Of a DNA stretch of 64,000 nucleotides, positions 53,890-63,003 are shown one piece after another. Each line of letters begins with the position of its first letter. Position 1 is the stretch's first letter. Location: the sequence record OR413578.1. One strand, 5' to 3'. The position numbers and the translations under genes were made by a program. Below the pieces are notes generated by a model, which saw only the letters and a list, made by a program, of their open reading frames with translations, made no database searches and was not told the DNA's origin.

Positions 53890-54897
53890 ATGGCGAAGCT
53901 CGTTTCGTTTTCAGCAGGGTTGGATTCCACCTGGATAATGTATCAGCTGCTATGCAAAGCACCGGCCAATGAAGCACGACATGTCCGTCCTGCGTATTTC
54001 TCCATGTGGAATGGAGGTAACGCGAACTTCATGGAAATTCTTTGTAGCGTGGCCATTGTTGAACGGTTGATGGATAGACACCATGCACAAACCGAACATG
54101 TTACATGGGCGGTGCTCGGGGAAGAGAACTTCCCGCCTGTCGTTAGCGCTGGATATGCTAACGGCTGGTCGCCTCTGGTTCAGCAGGGCAATGTTGTTAA
54201 CGGTCTCGCTAAACTGATGTGCGACATTACGCGCAAACAGCACCACGCCTATGCAGTTGTTGGTTGGAATAAGCTAGATGCGTTGGAGAATAGTCTAGAG
54301 CTGGGAGATTGGACATTAGACGAGTACGCTCGCTTAAAGAACCTCTATAGCGAATTGATGTATTTCCAAGATCATGCCGGTCGCGTTCCACCGCTTCTAA
54401 CACCTGCGTGGGATAAAGAGAAACTGGAAATGTGGCAGGAGTTGCCGGAAGATATTCGTAGGTTGGTACAGGTCAGTAACTACAACAACTACGAATTCGC
54501 GATAGACCGTGATAATAACATGCTCATCGTTTACGCCCATCCGTCGGCAAAGTCGCAGAATTATCGTAGTCTTGGTATTACACCGTCTGTGGGATGGGAG
54601 ATTAAAATCAACGATGCTTACAGACGGGTATGGTGTTCTGCTCTTGGTAGTGCTATTTCTGCTATGGGTTTGGGCGTACCGGCTTTTGCTAACTTTAAGG
54701 ACCCGGAAAGAAACCACACGACCTTTACGGTAAGTGAAGATACTGACCGGTTATGCATCACATCGTTTACCGCGGAAGAGTGGTGCGAGTATGCGCCACA
54801 TTTTAAAGCGCTTCAGGAGAAAGAAAAAGAGATAGCGAAAAATGCCAAAGCAAGTAAAGCTGTGGACGCTCCAACTGGCGAAGTGGCGGATAGCTGA
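53890..54897 (+). CDS. QueC-like PP-loop (adenine nucleotide alpha-hydrolase) protein
   Basis: VSFSAGLDST PP-loop; GWNKLD; LTPAWDKEKLEMW resembles QueC TPLMWIDKAETW; Zn-binding Cys cluster absent. Confidence 0.7.
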   Translation: MAKLVSFSAGLDSTWIMYQLLCKAPANEARHVRPAYFSMWNGGNANFMEILCSVAIVERLMDRHHAQTEHVTWAVLGEENFPPVVSAGYANGWSPLVQQGNVVNGLAKLMCDITRKQHHAYAVVGWNKLDALENSLELGDWTLDEYARLKNLYSELMYFQDHAGRVPPLLTPAWDKEKLEMWQELPEDIRRLVQVSNYNNYEFAIDRDNNMLIVYAHPSAKSQNYRSLGITPSVGWEIKINDAYRRVWCSALGSAISAMGLGVPAFANFKDPERNHTTFTVSEDTDRLCITSFTAEEWCEYAPHFKALQEKEKEIAKNAKASKAVDAPTGEVADS

Positions 54898-55225
54898 AAA
54901 ACGGAATTTGCCAAAGCTGGATATAACGGTTAAGTCGGGGCTGAAATATTTGGCACCCGACTGGGACTTTCTGATGGACTACAAGAAGTCTGACAAAGGC
55001 CCCGACGCAGAAGCTGCGTATACCAAACGCTACCTGCAGAAACTTAGTCGGTTGTTTGATGAAGACACTGATAAGTTGATAGAGATTCTCCGCCAGGGCG
55101 AGGTCGTACTAATGTGCTATTGCCCACCGGGGAAATTCTGTCATCGCCACTTGCTAGTTTCTTACCTTATTGAAATCGGTGAGTGGTTCGGTTATGAAGT
55201 AATTTACATGGGCGAATTATCGTAA
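54842..55225 (+). CDS. DUF488-family protein
   Basis: LAPDWDFL and VLMCYCP....CHRHLL are characteristic DUF488 motifs. Confidence 0.75.
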   Translation: MPKQVKLWTLQLAKWRIAEKRNLPKLDITVKSGLKYLAPDWDFLMDYKKSDKGPDAEAAYTKRYLQKLSRLFDEDTDKLIEILRQGEVVLMCYCPPGKFCHRHLLVSYLIEIGEWFGYEVIYMGELS

Positions 55226-55236
55226 GGAGAGTCCTC

Positions 55237-55632
55237 GTGAAATTGATTATGCCTAAAACAGTTCCTAATCAGGATATGGTTACGACTACACTGTTTTCTG
55301 AATCATTACGTAACTCTGTACGTCAGACCGCTTCACGTCTAGACGTAGCAGTTGAAGAACTCGACCCAGAAATCTTCATGAAGTATGCGTTTATTGCAGA
55401 AGGTTACGCAATCGCCCTGAGTTATGCGCGGTATGTCGATGACGTGACAGAAGCTAAACGTTATTTAGAAGGCTGTTGTCAAGTTTTCCGTGAAGAAATC
55501 ACCGAGATGGAGATGGTTGACCGCGGCTTACCTGAATTTGTAAAGGTGGGTTACGATAAACTGTTGCAATCCATCGCGGATGAAATCGGACGTCGCGGGT
55601 TAACTGTAGTGCACAGCGCTACACTGCACTAA
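55237..55632 (+). CDS. hypothetical protein (131 aa)
   Basis: TAAGGAG SD, GTG start. Confidence 0.65.
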   Translation: MKLIMPKTVPNQDMVTTTLFSESLRNSVRQTASRLDVAVEELDPEIFMKYAFIAEGYAIALSYARYVDDVTEAKRYLEGCCQVFREEITEMEMVDRGLPEFVKVGYDKLLQSIADEIGRRGLTVVHSATLH

Positions 55633-55643
55633 CACCGTACGAG

Positions 55644-55686
55644 TAGGCTACCACACGATCATATGTGTGGTAGCTTATTTTTTTTT
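55644..55686 (+). terminator. intrinsic terminator overlapping a TATG late-promoter motif
   Basis: GCTACCACAC-GATCATAT-GTGTGGTAGC followed by a T run; TATG at 55662. Confidence 0.7.
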
Positions 55687-55702
55687 GTTTCTGGAGGCGT
55701 TA

Positions 55703-56236
55703 ATGGCAGACCGCTATCAGCCCGACCAAACTCTCTCGTCGAAAGCGCTTGTCGTGGCGTTGATTAATCACGATAACGGCTTGTCATTATCGCCTGACGA
55801 GATTGTGATAAGCGGGGTAGGGCCTATCGACTTAGGTGTTGAAAGTGCCCGTACCACGCAAGCGTACATTGCAAAAGCACGTAAACCTAACGGTAAGAAG
55901 ATTACCGTCTATTACGACCGTCTAGCTGCTAATAAGATTATCGACCCGCAAGGACCGATACTGGTTACTGTAGCTCCCGGCGACACCTATGCTGATTTAG
56001 CGACAGTTGTAAACCAGTTGTGCGGTTTAAACTTGTCACGTGAGGACATCTCGACAGGGGTTATTACACCAACAAACGAGCCGTTGATTGCACCGATGAG
56101 TGACGATTCACCGGCTTGGACGGCTACCTTTACATTCACGGCGTTTAATGAAAAAGAAGCTGTGGCAAGTCTGGATGAAGAAACTGTTTTATGCATCGGT
56201 GATGATGCAGTGTTAACCTACGGAGACGATGCATAA
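55703..56236 (+). CDS. tail protein of the phiKZ gp131-like paralogue family
   Basis: LVVALINHDN..L....ITVYYDRLAANKII; start moved to ATG 55703 (GGAGG). Confidence 0.6.
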   Translation: MADRYQPDQTLSSKALVVALINHDNGLSLSPDEIVISGVGPIDLGVESARTTQAYIAKARKPNGKKITVYYDRLAANKIIDPQGPILVTVAPGDTYADLATVVNQLCGLNLSREDISTGVITPTNEPLIAPMSDDSPAWTATFTFTAFNEKEAVASLDEETVLCIGDDAVLTYGDDA

Positions 56237-56709
56237 TGGCAACTGTAGTCAAAAAGAAACGTTTGCATGAACTCGATTCTTACAACGGTGATAAGTCGAG
56301 CGCAGTAGCGCTTATCAGCGTTGATGAAAAGGAGTACAAACTTCCTCTCAGTGAAATCGGCGGTGGTGGGGCAGATGCAAACCCTATCCAAAACTTATCC
56401 GGTGCTGACGGTGTCGTTGAAATAGATCCCAATATTGCGGACGACTTCATTATCCGTTTAGGTGACCCCACCACTGCGCTTTCTATCACACCTATTACCG
56501 ACCCGGTTCCGGGTACGCGATATGAGTTATTACTGACGCTACGTCAGGGTACCGGTGCAAACAAAATCACCTGGCCGGCTTCGGTTAAATGGCCTAACGG
56601 TGCAGAACCTCCGTTATCGTACACGCTGGACGCCGAGGATGTGTTGTCTTTGTCATCTACGGATGGCGGCACAACCTGGAAAGGGGCCATTTGCGGAACA
56701 GGATACTAA
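56236..56709 (+). CDS. tail fibre-associated protein
   Basis: LRQGTGANKITWPASVKWPNG..P.LS.....DV......DGGTTWKG domain, common in phage tail fibres. Confidence 0.6.
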   Translation: MATVVKKKRLHELDSYNGDKSSAVALISVDEKEYKLPLSEIGGGGADANPIQNLSGADGVVEIDPNIADDFIIRLGDPTTALSITPITDPVPGTRYELLLTLRQGTGANKITWPASVKWPNGAEPPLSYTLDAEDVLSLSSTDGGTTWKGAICGTGY

Positions 56710-56712
56710 GCC

Positions 56713-59700
56713 ATGCGCAAATTTAAAATCTCTGCTAAACGACATGCGCTGAACTACGCACTGTCGCTGGCTTACGGACATCAGGACTTTGTTCGTCGAA
56801 ACACCGGCTTAACTAACGACGCCCACAATGACCATTATCTGATTAACCCAGAAGGGGTGCTATCTAATAACCGGCATTTCATTGCTGACTCCATGGCAGT
56901 GTATCAACCTAATGGTGACGCCACCACAGAAGGTCAATCGTTGCTGATTATTGGCTACTGTCACATGTACATTGCTACCAAAAACCAGATGTGGTTAGAT
57001 GCGGCGATTCATGCATGGGAAGCGTACGCTGCCTACTATTACGCAGGTCAGGCCATTCCCGATTCACCACAACGTTGGATTTGTAACTGGCTAGTTAACG
57101 GTAAAGAGCCAGTGCTGGCAGACTATCCGGTGCATCCGACCGAGCCAACCCACGGTGGTTATAAGTGTGTGCCGGTAACGTTTACGAACGGGCGTTGCCA
57201 GATACCCCAAGGCGCACCATTCTTTGGTGAATATCTGAACAATTTCTTTTCTGCGCATCGTGGCCATCCTACTTGGGGTGCGGTTAATGCCGACGTACAG
57301 AAAATTAAGGAATCGGAAGACGGGTTAATTGACTGGTCTAAAGTCCCTGATTACTTAATCGTCAATCCAGAGAAACCTTACGATGTAAAAGCGTGGGTGG
57401 ACTGGAACACGATGCTAAACGACCCAACCGGATATACACCAATGTGGGGCGGTTCTACCTCGAAAGGTCCGCGGTACGAACCTGACTGGTTTGTTGTGTG
57501 GACGGGTGAGAAGGTTCAAGACGGCGATGTCATCGAATCCGATTTACCTGATGCCCAGAAAGGAACCGTACAATTAAAGGACACCAGTATTAACGGTGTA
57601 TATTTGATTAACTACGCTTCCCAGGTACCTGTAGAGCACGGCGGGTATTTGTTTGACCGCAATGAGCCGTGGCACAACCGTCCGGTTCATACCCCGTTAA
57701 AAGGGTCTGTTAACCAGATGGGCAACGCGGCAGATGCGGAAGTGTGGTTTATTGATGCCTGTTATCTGCTCTGGCGTATCACAGGTGAACCGCGCTATAA
57801 AGCCGCATTAGACTCTGTGTTCTATACCGCGCACGAGTACACGTATATCGATGCGAAGGACAAGTTTTTCCGTCGTTCTAAGCTAGCCGAAACACCATTT
57901 ACAGATGGTATCTCGTACGACTATAAATACCCCAGCACCGTTGAGGTCGCTTACAGTCGTGATGAAAATGGTGATATTGTGTTCCGTTCTGAGGAAGCTG
58001 TGCAGAACTTTATGGAACAGCAAGCCGTGCGTTTCAGGATAAACAGTCAATCGAAGTTACGTGTGACATATGGCGGTGTTTGCGACAACGGTGATGCACT
58101 TGCGTGTAAAGTGATGGTGGATATTAACCCCGTTAAAGCGGATACTGAAGAAGTAAACTGGTACGGCTGTACGCTTCCGGGATCAACATCGATGGAAGTA
58201 GAACAGCATGACATCGATTTAGGGCATCTGGCCAGAATGACCAATCCGGCCAACGGCGAAGATTACATCATTGCCGATGCGCGAGCATGTTCGGACTACG
58301 GTGGGTGTACGTGGCAGGAAAAGTTTGAGAACAACATTTACGATGGTCGTTCAGGCACAATCGTAGAAGCGTTATTCCCGAACAACGATGCGGGTTTCAT
58401 TATCGGTTTCTGGTTAACCGATGCCGGTGTTGCACCCCCACAGTCAATTGTCTATCGTGCCGATGCTGATTTCAACTTCCGTTTCGAAGATACCGACAAG
58501 TGGCGTTGGTGGTGGATGTTGCCCGCGACTAACGGGGAATGGAAACAGGTTATTATTCGCCCTGAAGACGCAACACTCTCGGGCTATCAACCTGACCACG
58601 ATACCGACGTCGAACCAAAACCGGCTGCGCCAAACTATACAACTATCGATCAGGTAACCATACTGCCCGATTCGGCTGTGGAGAATGCGCACTTTAGCTG
58701 GTATTGCGTAAACGATGTTCCGCCACTGTTTAATGCAGACGACGGTTGGACGTTAACGTTCCGTATTGTAATTCGGGGAGGTTCTGCATTTACGGGTAAA
58801 GTGGGCGATTGTACGATAAAAGATTACCGTCTTGACTCGCTCGCGTATTGTCCAGGTACGATACCGTTCTCGAATATTTATTCGGAAGGAACGTATCAGC
58901 TAGGTGCATGGCACGGGATGCCGTATCCCGGCTATCAGTATCCGTTTATGTACACCATACACACCGATGATCGCTACAAAGACTGGCTCTTAAATCAGAT
59001 TCGGTTTATGCACGATTCACAAACCAACTACCAAACACAGATAGGTGAGTTAGGTCCAGGTTGTGCGGCGTATATTTGGAACCGTTGGGATAACTACTCT
59101 TACGGTCCGGCAGATACGTGGACAACGTTCCATTGGGGCGATGGACATCCGTGGGCAGGTTATCAGCCGCGCGCGTATAACGCCGCTGCGCGTTGTTGGT
59201 ACGAATTAGTTGTGCGTGGTAAAGAGGTTCCACCTGAGCTAGTAGTGTACATTGAAAATTGGGCTAAGTGGCTCGTAGGGTTCTTAGACCGCTTTGACAA
59301 CCACACCCCGAATGAATTCCCTACGGCACCAAATAAACCGGTATGGGTAGAGAATGATTTCACAGCACATATGTGTGCGCTCTGGATAGCAGGCAGTGCT
59401 TACGCAGCAATGGCCGGTTGTACGGTGGATGGGTTAGACCGAATTATGGATATGGGAATGAAAGAGATGGGTGATAACTTCACTGTCACCGACATTCCAG
59501 GAAAAGCCATTAACGGTGCCTGGTCTCCGTGGGCAAACCCTACTACGGATAACGGTCAGGCTTTTGGGTTTTATACTGGAGAAGCGATGCGTGCAATCGG
59601 GTTGTATCTCCTCTATAAAGAACACGGCCCAGGACATGATATTTATCGCGACTTGGCAATACCCGACCACACAACAGCTTCACTCGATATAACGTTTACT

Positions 59701-59730
59701 ATCCCAGACGATCCGCTCGAAACTAATTAA
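56713..59730 (+). CDS. tail-associated GH8-like glycoside hydrolase with inserted beta-sandwich/CBM-like region (1005 aa)
   Basis: DATTEGQSLL and NAADAEVWFIDACYLLW match GH8 catalytic motifs; W-rich insert; located in tail operon. Confidence 0.65.
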   Translation: MRKFKISAKRHALNYALSLAYGHQDFVRRNTGLTNDAHNDHYLINPEGVLSNNRHFIADSMAVYQPNGDATTEGQSLLIIGYCHMYIATKNQMWLDAAIHAWEAYAAYYYAGQAIPDSPQRWICNWLVNGKEPVLADYPVHPTEPTHGGYKCVPVTFTNGRCQIPQGAPFFGEYLNNFFSAHRGHPTWGAVNADVQKIKESEDGLIDWSKVPDYLIVNPEKPYDVKAWVDWNTMLNDPTGYTPMWGGSTSKGPRYEPDWFVVWTGEKVQDGDVIESDLPDAQKGTVQLKDTSINGVYLINYASQVPVEHGGYLFDRNEPWHNRPVHTPLKGSVNQMGNAADAEVWFIDACYLLWRITGEPRYKAALDSVFYTAHEYTYIDAKDKFFRRSKLAETPFTDGISYDYKYPSTVEVAYSRDENGDIVFRSEEAVQNFMEQQAVRFRINSQSKLRVTYGGVCDNGDALACKVMVDINPVKADTEEVNWYGCTLPGSTSMEVEQHDIDLGHLARMTNPANGEDYIIADARACSDYGGCTWQEKFENNIYDGRSGTIVEALFPNNDAGFIIGFWLTDAGVAPPQSIVYRADADFNFRFEDTDKWRWWWMLPATNGEWKQVIIRPEDATLSGYQPDHDTDVEPKPAAPNYTTIDQVTILPDSAVENAHFSWYCVNDVPPLFNADDGWTLTFRIVIRGGSAFTGKVGDCTIKDYRLDSLAYCPGTIPFSNIYSEGTYQLGAWHGMPYPGYQYPFMYTIHTDDRYKDWLLNQIRFMHDSQTNYQTQIGELGPGCAAYIWNRWDNYSYGPADTWTTFHWGDGHPWAGYQPRAYNAAARCWYELVVRGKEVPPELVVYIENWAKWLVGFLDRFDNHTPNEFPTAPNKPVWVENDFTAHMCALWIAGSAYAAMAGCTVDGLDRIMDMGMKEMGDNFTVTDIPGKAINGAWSPWANPTTDNGQAFGFYTGEAMRAIGLYLLYKEHGPGHDIYRDLAIPDHTTASLDITFTIPDDPLETN

Positions 59731-59735
59731 GTGTA

Positions 59736-59778
59736 TACCGGCCATCCTTCGGGGTGGCTGGTACGCTTTATTTTATTT
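59736..59778 (+). terminator. intrinsic terminator
   Basis: TACCGGCCATCC-TTCG-GGGTGGCTGGTA followed by a T tract. Confidence 0.8.
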
Positions 59779-59834
59779 CAGATAGATGTTATCTCAGTGA
59801 ACCTCTGAAATTTACGTTTCAATCAGAGCTTATG
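59776..59834 (+). promoter_or_regulatory. class II motif followed by AAATTTACGTTTCA...TATG promoter
   Basis: TTTCAGATAGATGTTATCTCAGTGAAC 59776; AAATTTACGTTTCA 59808; TATG 59831. Confidence 0.55.
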
Positions 59835-59857
59835 TCATGTATTAAGGAGCACTTAAA

Positions 59858-60190
59858 ATGTCTAAAGTCTATCACATTGCGGTATTGCGTCAGGCAACTG
59901 ACCTTGAAGGCGACGGTGAACTTCGAATGCAGGAAGTCATTCTGAGCACTGTTAAAGAACTTAACCAAGCAAACAATTTCGATGCACGATTCGAAGCGCT
60001 GCCTGTAAGCCGTGGTGCTTTCTACGGCAGTCAAATACTGGCAACCCAGTATGCGATGGCTTTAAGTGAATTGCGCAATAACCCTAGCCCAGAGACCGCA
60101 GCGAAGATGAACAAGCTGTCGTTATGGATGAATAACCTGGATGTCCCCGCAGCATCCACTGTAAGTGGTTTGGGGGTGGTTAATGGGTAG
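59858..60190 (+). CDS. hypothetical protein (110 aa)
   Basis: TAAGGAG SD. Confidence 0.65.
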   Translation: MSKVYHIAVLRQATDLEGDGELRMQEVILSTVKELNQANNFDARFEALPVSRGAFYGSQILATQYAMALSELRNNPSPETAAKMNKLSLWMNNLDVPAASTVSGLGVVNG

Positions 60191-60518
60191 AGTAATCCGT
60201 GTTGCCAGACCAATGCGTCTCAATAGGACGCCGATGATAAATCGTGATATCAGTGAAGCTGTAAAACAGTTGTCGAATATCGACGGTTACACCTTTAAAG
60301 TGATAACACTGTACGACTACCCAGAAGGCAAAGTTCCGCAAGAGGCGCTGGATAAATTCGTTAATGTATTAGACGATTGCCTTAAGAGCCCAACGGACGT
60401 AAATCTTATCAAACTAAACACCATGTCCCTTGAACTGTACCGGCTGCGTAAAATGGGCATTCATGCTCGCATCGGTAAAGGCGACCAAACGTTAGCCGAA
60501 TACTGGGCTAAACAGTAA
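60183..60518 (+). CDS. hypothetical protein (111 aa)
   Basis: ATG 60183 behind GGGGG/GGTGG. Confidence 0.6.
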   Translation: MGRVIRVARPMRLNRTPMINRDISEAVKQLSNIDGYTFKVITLYDYPEGKVPQEALDKFVNVLDDCLKSPTDVNLIKLNTMSLELYRLRKMGIHARIGKGDQTLAEYWAKQ

Positions 60519-60545
60519 GCTATTTTAAATCCTAAGGAGCATTAA

Positions 60546-61064
60546 GTGAATATTATCATGAACCTGTATACCAAACGGGAACGTAACGTTTTAGAATCGG
60601 GCGTTGCCCCGGAAGTATTGGCTGCGGGGGATATTAGTATCGACCCATTGAAAGTGAAAGTCGCAGAACTGTTCCCTCGCGACGAATGGGACATCTGGTA
60701 TTTCCGTTGTTCGTCGGTATTAAATGCAATCAAGCAACTGTCTGATTATCAGCCTGGTCCGTATATCGGTACTTGGCACTGGTACGTTCCACGCACACCA
60801 AACTTCCTTTACCTGCACGACGATGATAAACGTACTCATATTCGCACTGTAGCGACGCCTGCGCGTTTGGAGCGTTATCTGGAGCTAATCCACGACCGGC
60901 CTCGTAACGAGCTGCAGAGCATCGTAGAGGTGCTCAGACAGGTACCTATGGACGGTATACTGGAACTGGACATGAAAATCGCCGATCGTCCGAGACATTA
61001 CTGGGAATTTTCCTGGGTAGACGCGAAGTACGAAAACCATAACGTTATCTATCTGAAGCGTTAA
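60546..61064 (+). CDS. hypothetical protein (172 aa)
   Basis: TAAGGAG SD. Confidence 0.65.
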   Translation: MNIIMNLYTKRERNVLESGVAPEVLAAGDISIDPLKVKVAELFPRDEWDIWYFRCSSVLNAIKQLSDYQPGPYIGTWHWYVPRTPNFLYLHDDDKRTHIRTVATPARLERYLELIHDRPRNELQSIVEVLRQVPMDGILELDMKIADRPRHYWEFSWVDAKYENHNVIYLKR

Positions 61065-61074
61065 GGGGGGCAGG

Positions 61075-61395
61075 ATGTTGAACTGGTTACTGGCGCTGAT
61101 TAACAAGCGACAAAAACAACTGTACGAAGAAAACCGAGAATTAGCTGCCGCTAACCGTCGTGTACAAGCCGATAACTTGCAGTTAAGACACGACCTCGCG
61201 AAACTGGACGTTAATGCGAGTAGGCTCTGCACGCACATAAGTCGCTGTCACGACATTATCGAACGTATTGGGCACTACCATCTTACGTCCCCTGCGCGGC
61301 GTGTCTATGACGCGGCCGTCCAGGGATTAAAAGATACCAGGAGTGTGTACGACGAGATGTTAGAAGAGTTTAGCAACCGTGAGGATAAATACTAA
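61075..61395 (+). CDS. coiled-coil hypothetical protein (106 aa)
   Basis: GGGGG/AGGA SD; heptad pattern. Confidence 0.6.
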   Translation: MLNWLLALINKRQKQLYEENRELAAANRRVQADNLQLRHDLAKLDVNASRLCTHISRCHDIIERIGHYHLTSPARRVYDAAVQGLKDTRSVYDEMLEEFSNREDKY

Positions 61396-61778
61396 TGGAA
61401 ATGCCAATGAACACCGACTTAGCACTGGCAATCGAACACATGAAAAACCATCAGCTGACGTTACTGAATGCAAGCACAGACGGACAACGTCAAGGGTATG
61501 CACTCGTTGCAAAAGCGGCGTTAGAACTTAACAAGATTCTACTCGCTAAACTTTACGGGCTGGAAAACAGCGTACTCCATGCGGCGCACCTGGGCGAAGC
61601 CAGCGAGTTAGTTACGAATGTGCGGCTGTATGCATGTCGTGAAATGGAACGTTTAACCAACGAATGGAATGTCCAGTGTAACGGCGAACGTGCTGCTACC
61701 GATCCGCGTAAAGTCGCACTGACGCCGGGCGTGTACATCAAAGACGGCACCATCGACGAATACAGCGGATTTAACTGA
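61395..61778 (+). CDS. hypothetical protein (127 aa)
   Basis: GAGGA SD, TAATG coupling. Confidence 0.6.
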   Translation: MEMPMNTDLALAIEHMKNHQLTLLNASTDGQRQGYALVAKAALELNKILLAKLYGLENSVLHAAHLGEASELVTNVRLYACREMERLTNEWNVQCNGERAATDPRKVALTPGVYIKDGTIDEYSGFN

Positions 61779-61795
61779 TCGACGGATAAGGGTGA

Positions 61796-62227
61796 TTGAG
61801 AATGGTAACCATAGACGTAGCTATCTCTATCGAGCTTCAACGCATCGGTGTAGGTACACTAAAACTTCGTTATCGTGACTTACCGCATTACAACAAGATG
61901 TTTGATGTTGGGGTGATAAAGTTTTATAACCGATACGGGCCAAGAGAACTATGTCTATGGTTTGTCGAGTTAGCGATAACTTATGGCGAGTTTTATCATC
62001 CCGATATACCGTATGTCGGACACGAGTCAAGAGGGCACCTGGAAACCTCCAGAGAGTTCTATCAGCGATTGTATGGCGCGATGGAGGAGTCCGCACCCAT
62101 CGACTACGACGTACCACCTGAACTGTTATTAATCGACCATGAAGGAGAAGCCGGTGTCTATTTCATTACGGGGACTGACTATTCACGAGATTCAGAAATA
62201 TTTACTCGAGGGCGGGAAACTGACTGA
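61796..62227 (+). CDS. hypothetical protein (~143 aa)
   Basis: AAGGGTG SD; start TTG 61796 or ATG 61802. Confidence 0.55.
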   Translation: MRMVTIDVAISIELQRIGVGTLKLRYRDLPHYNKMFDVGVIKFYNRYGPRELCLWFVELAITYGEFYHPDIPYVGHESRGHLETSREFYQRLYGAMEESAPIDYDVPPELLLIDHEGEAGVYFITGTDYSRDSEIFTRGRETD

Positions 62228-62459
62228 CGACTATCAAACCGCAGATATGTTGCTACAGTCATTTGTACCGTTACGTGCTGAGTATTACGAAATCGCGTTC
62301 CTGGGCGATGAATATTGTGTCCGCACGCAAGGGCGTGAATACGAAGCAGTTCGCGTACCGCGCACACTCGGCGGGGTGATGATACTTATCGCTAATATCG
62401 AAGCACTCAATGCGAAATGTGCGTTATACATCGCACAGGGAGGTCGCAATGGATTTTAA
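62139..62459 (+). CDS. hypothetical protein (<=106 aa)
   Basis: Overlaps previous ORF; start uncertain. Confidence 0.45.
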   Translation: MKEKPVSISLRGLTIHEIQKYLLEGGKLTDDYQTADMLLQSFVPLRAEYYEIAFLGDEYCVRTQGREYEAVRVPRTLGGVMILIANIEALNAKCALYIAQGGRNGF

Positions 62460-62607
62460 GTGGGAACCATTATCGTTAGCAGAAGTTCGTAACAGAATCG
62501 ATAGAGCTATTGCAAGGAGAAAACATGTTCGGCCTGTTTCAGGAGAAAAAACAGTTGCGTCGCCAATTAGAAATACTGGAATTGGAACTCAGCCTATCAA
62601 AGACTGA
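62449..62607 (+). CDS. possible 52-aa protein
   Basis: GGAGG SD before ATG 62449, but overlaps the next gene by 83 nt. Confidence 0.35.
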   Translation: MDFKWEPLSLAEVRNRIDRAIARRKHVRPVSGEKTVASPIRNTGIGTQPIKD

Positions 62608-62926
62608 GTTGGAAATTTCGAAAGAAGCGTGGAAAAGAAATCTTGATGAATCTTTCGAAGAACGCCGTAAGCTTACACGACTACTTTCTGAGGAACAGTC
62701 TAAGAACCGGAAACTCGAAGATGAGCTACGGGATGCCCGACGAGATGCGGATCTGCGTGACAAGATGTTAGGACGGAACCTGGGTGCCCTAATCTATTTC
62801 ATAGAGCAACGTTGGGAACCAAAAACACTCCTTGAGTTGCTCTATGAAAAACTCTCCTGTGTAGGTAAACGTTCTGCGGCCATCGAGTATTTCCGTAGTC
62901 ACGGTTTCGAGGTAAAAGATGAGTAA
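62525..62926 (+). CDS. coiled-coil hypothetical protein (133 aa)
   Basis: AAGGAG SD before ATG 62525; long heptad stretch. Confidence 0.65.
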   Translation: MFGLFQEKKQLRRQLEILELELSLSKTELEISKEAWKRNLDESFEERRKLTRLLSEEQSKNRKLEDELRDARRDADLRDKMLGRNLGALIYFIEQRWEPKTLLELLYEKLSCVGKRSAAIEYFRSHGFEVKDE

Positions 62927-63003
62927 ATTAGAGGTTGGCAGGCTGTTCGTTAATCCTTAAAAGCAACAGTTTCAAATTAGTTACGACCATAAGGAGTATT
63001 AAA

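Noticed and set aside
53860-53960. Programmed frameshift restoring full-length HslU
   Set aside because: Alternative frames after Walker A do not resemble HslU, and the downstream ORF is an unrelated PP-loop protein with its own SD.
53890-54897. Canonical 7-deazaguanine DNA modification cluster
   Set aside because: No QueD, QueE, FolE or DpdA recognisable in the window and the Zn site is missing; kept only as QueC-like.
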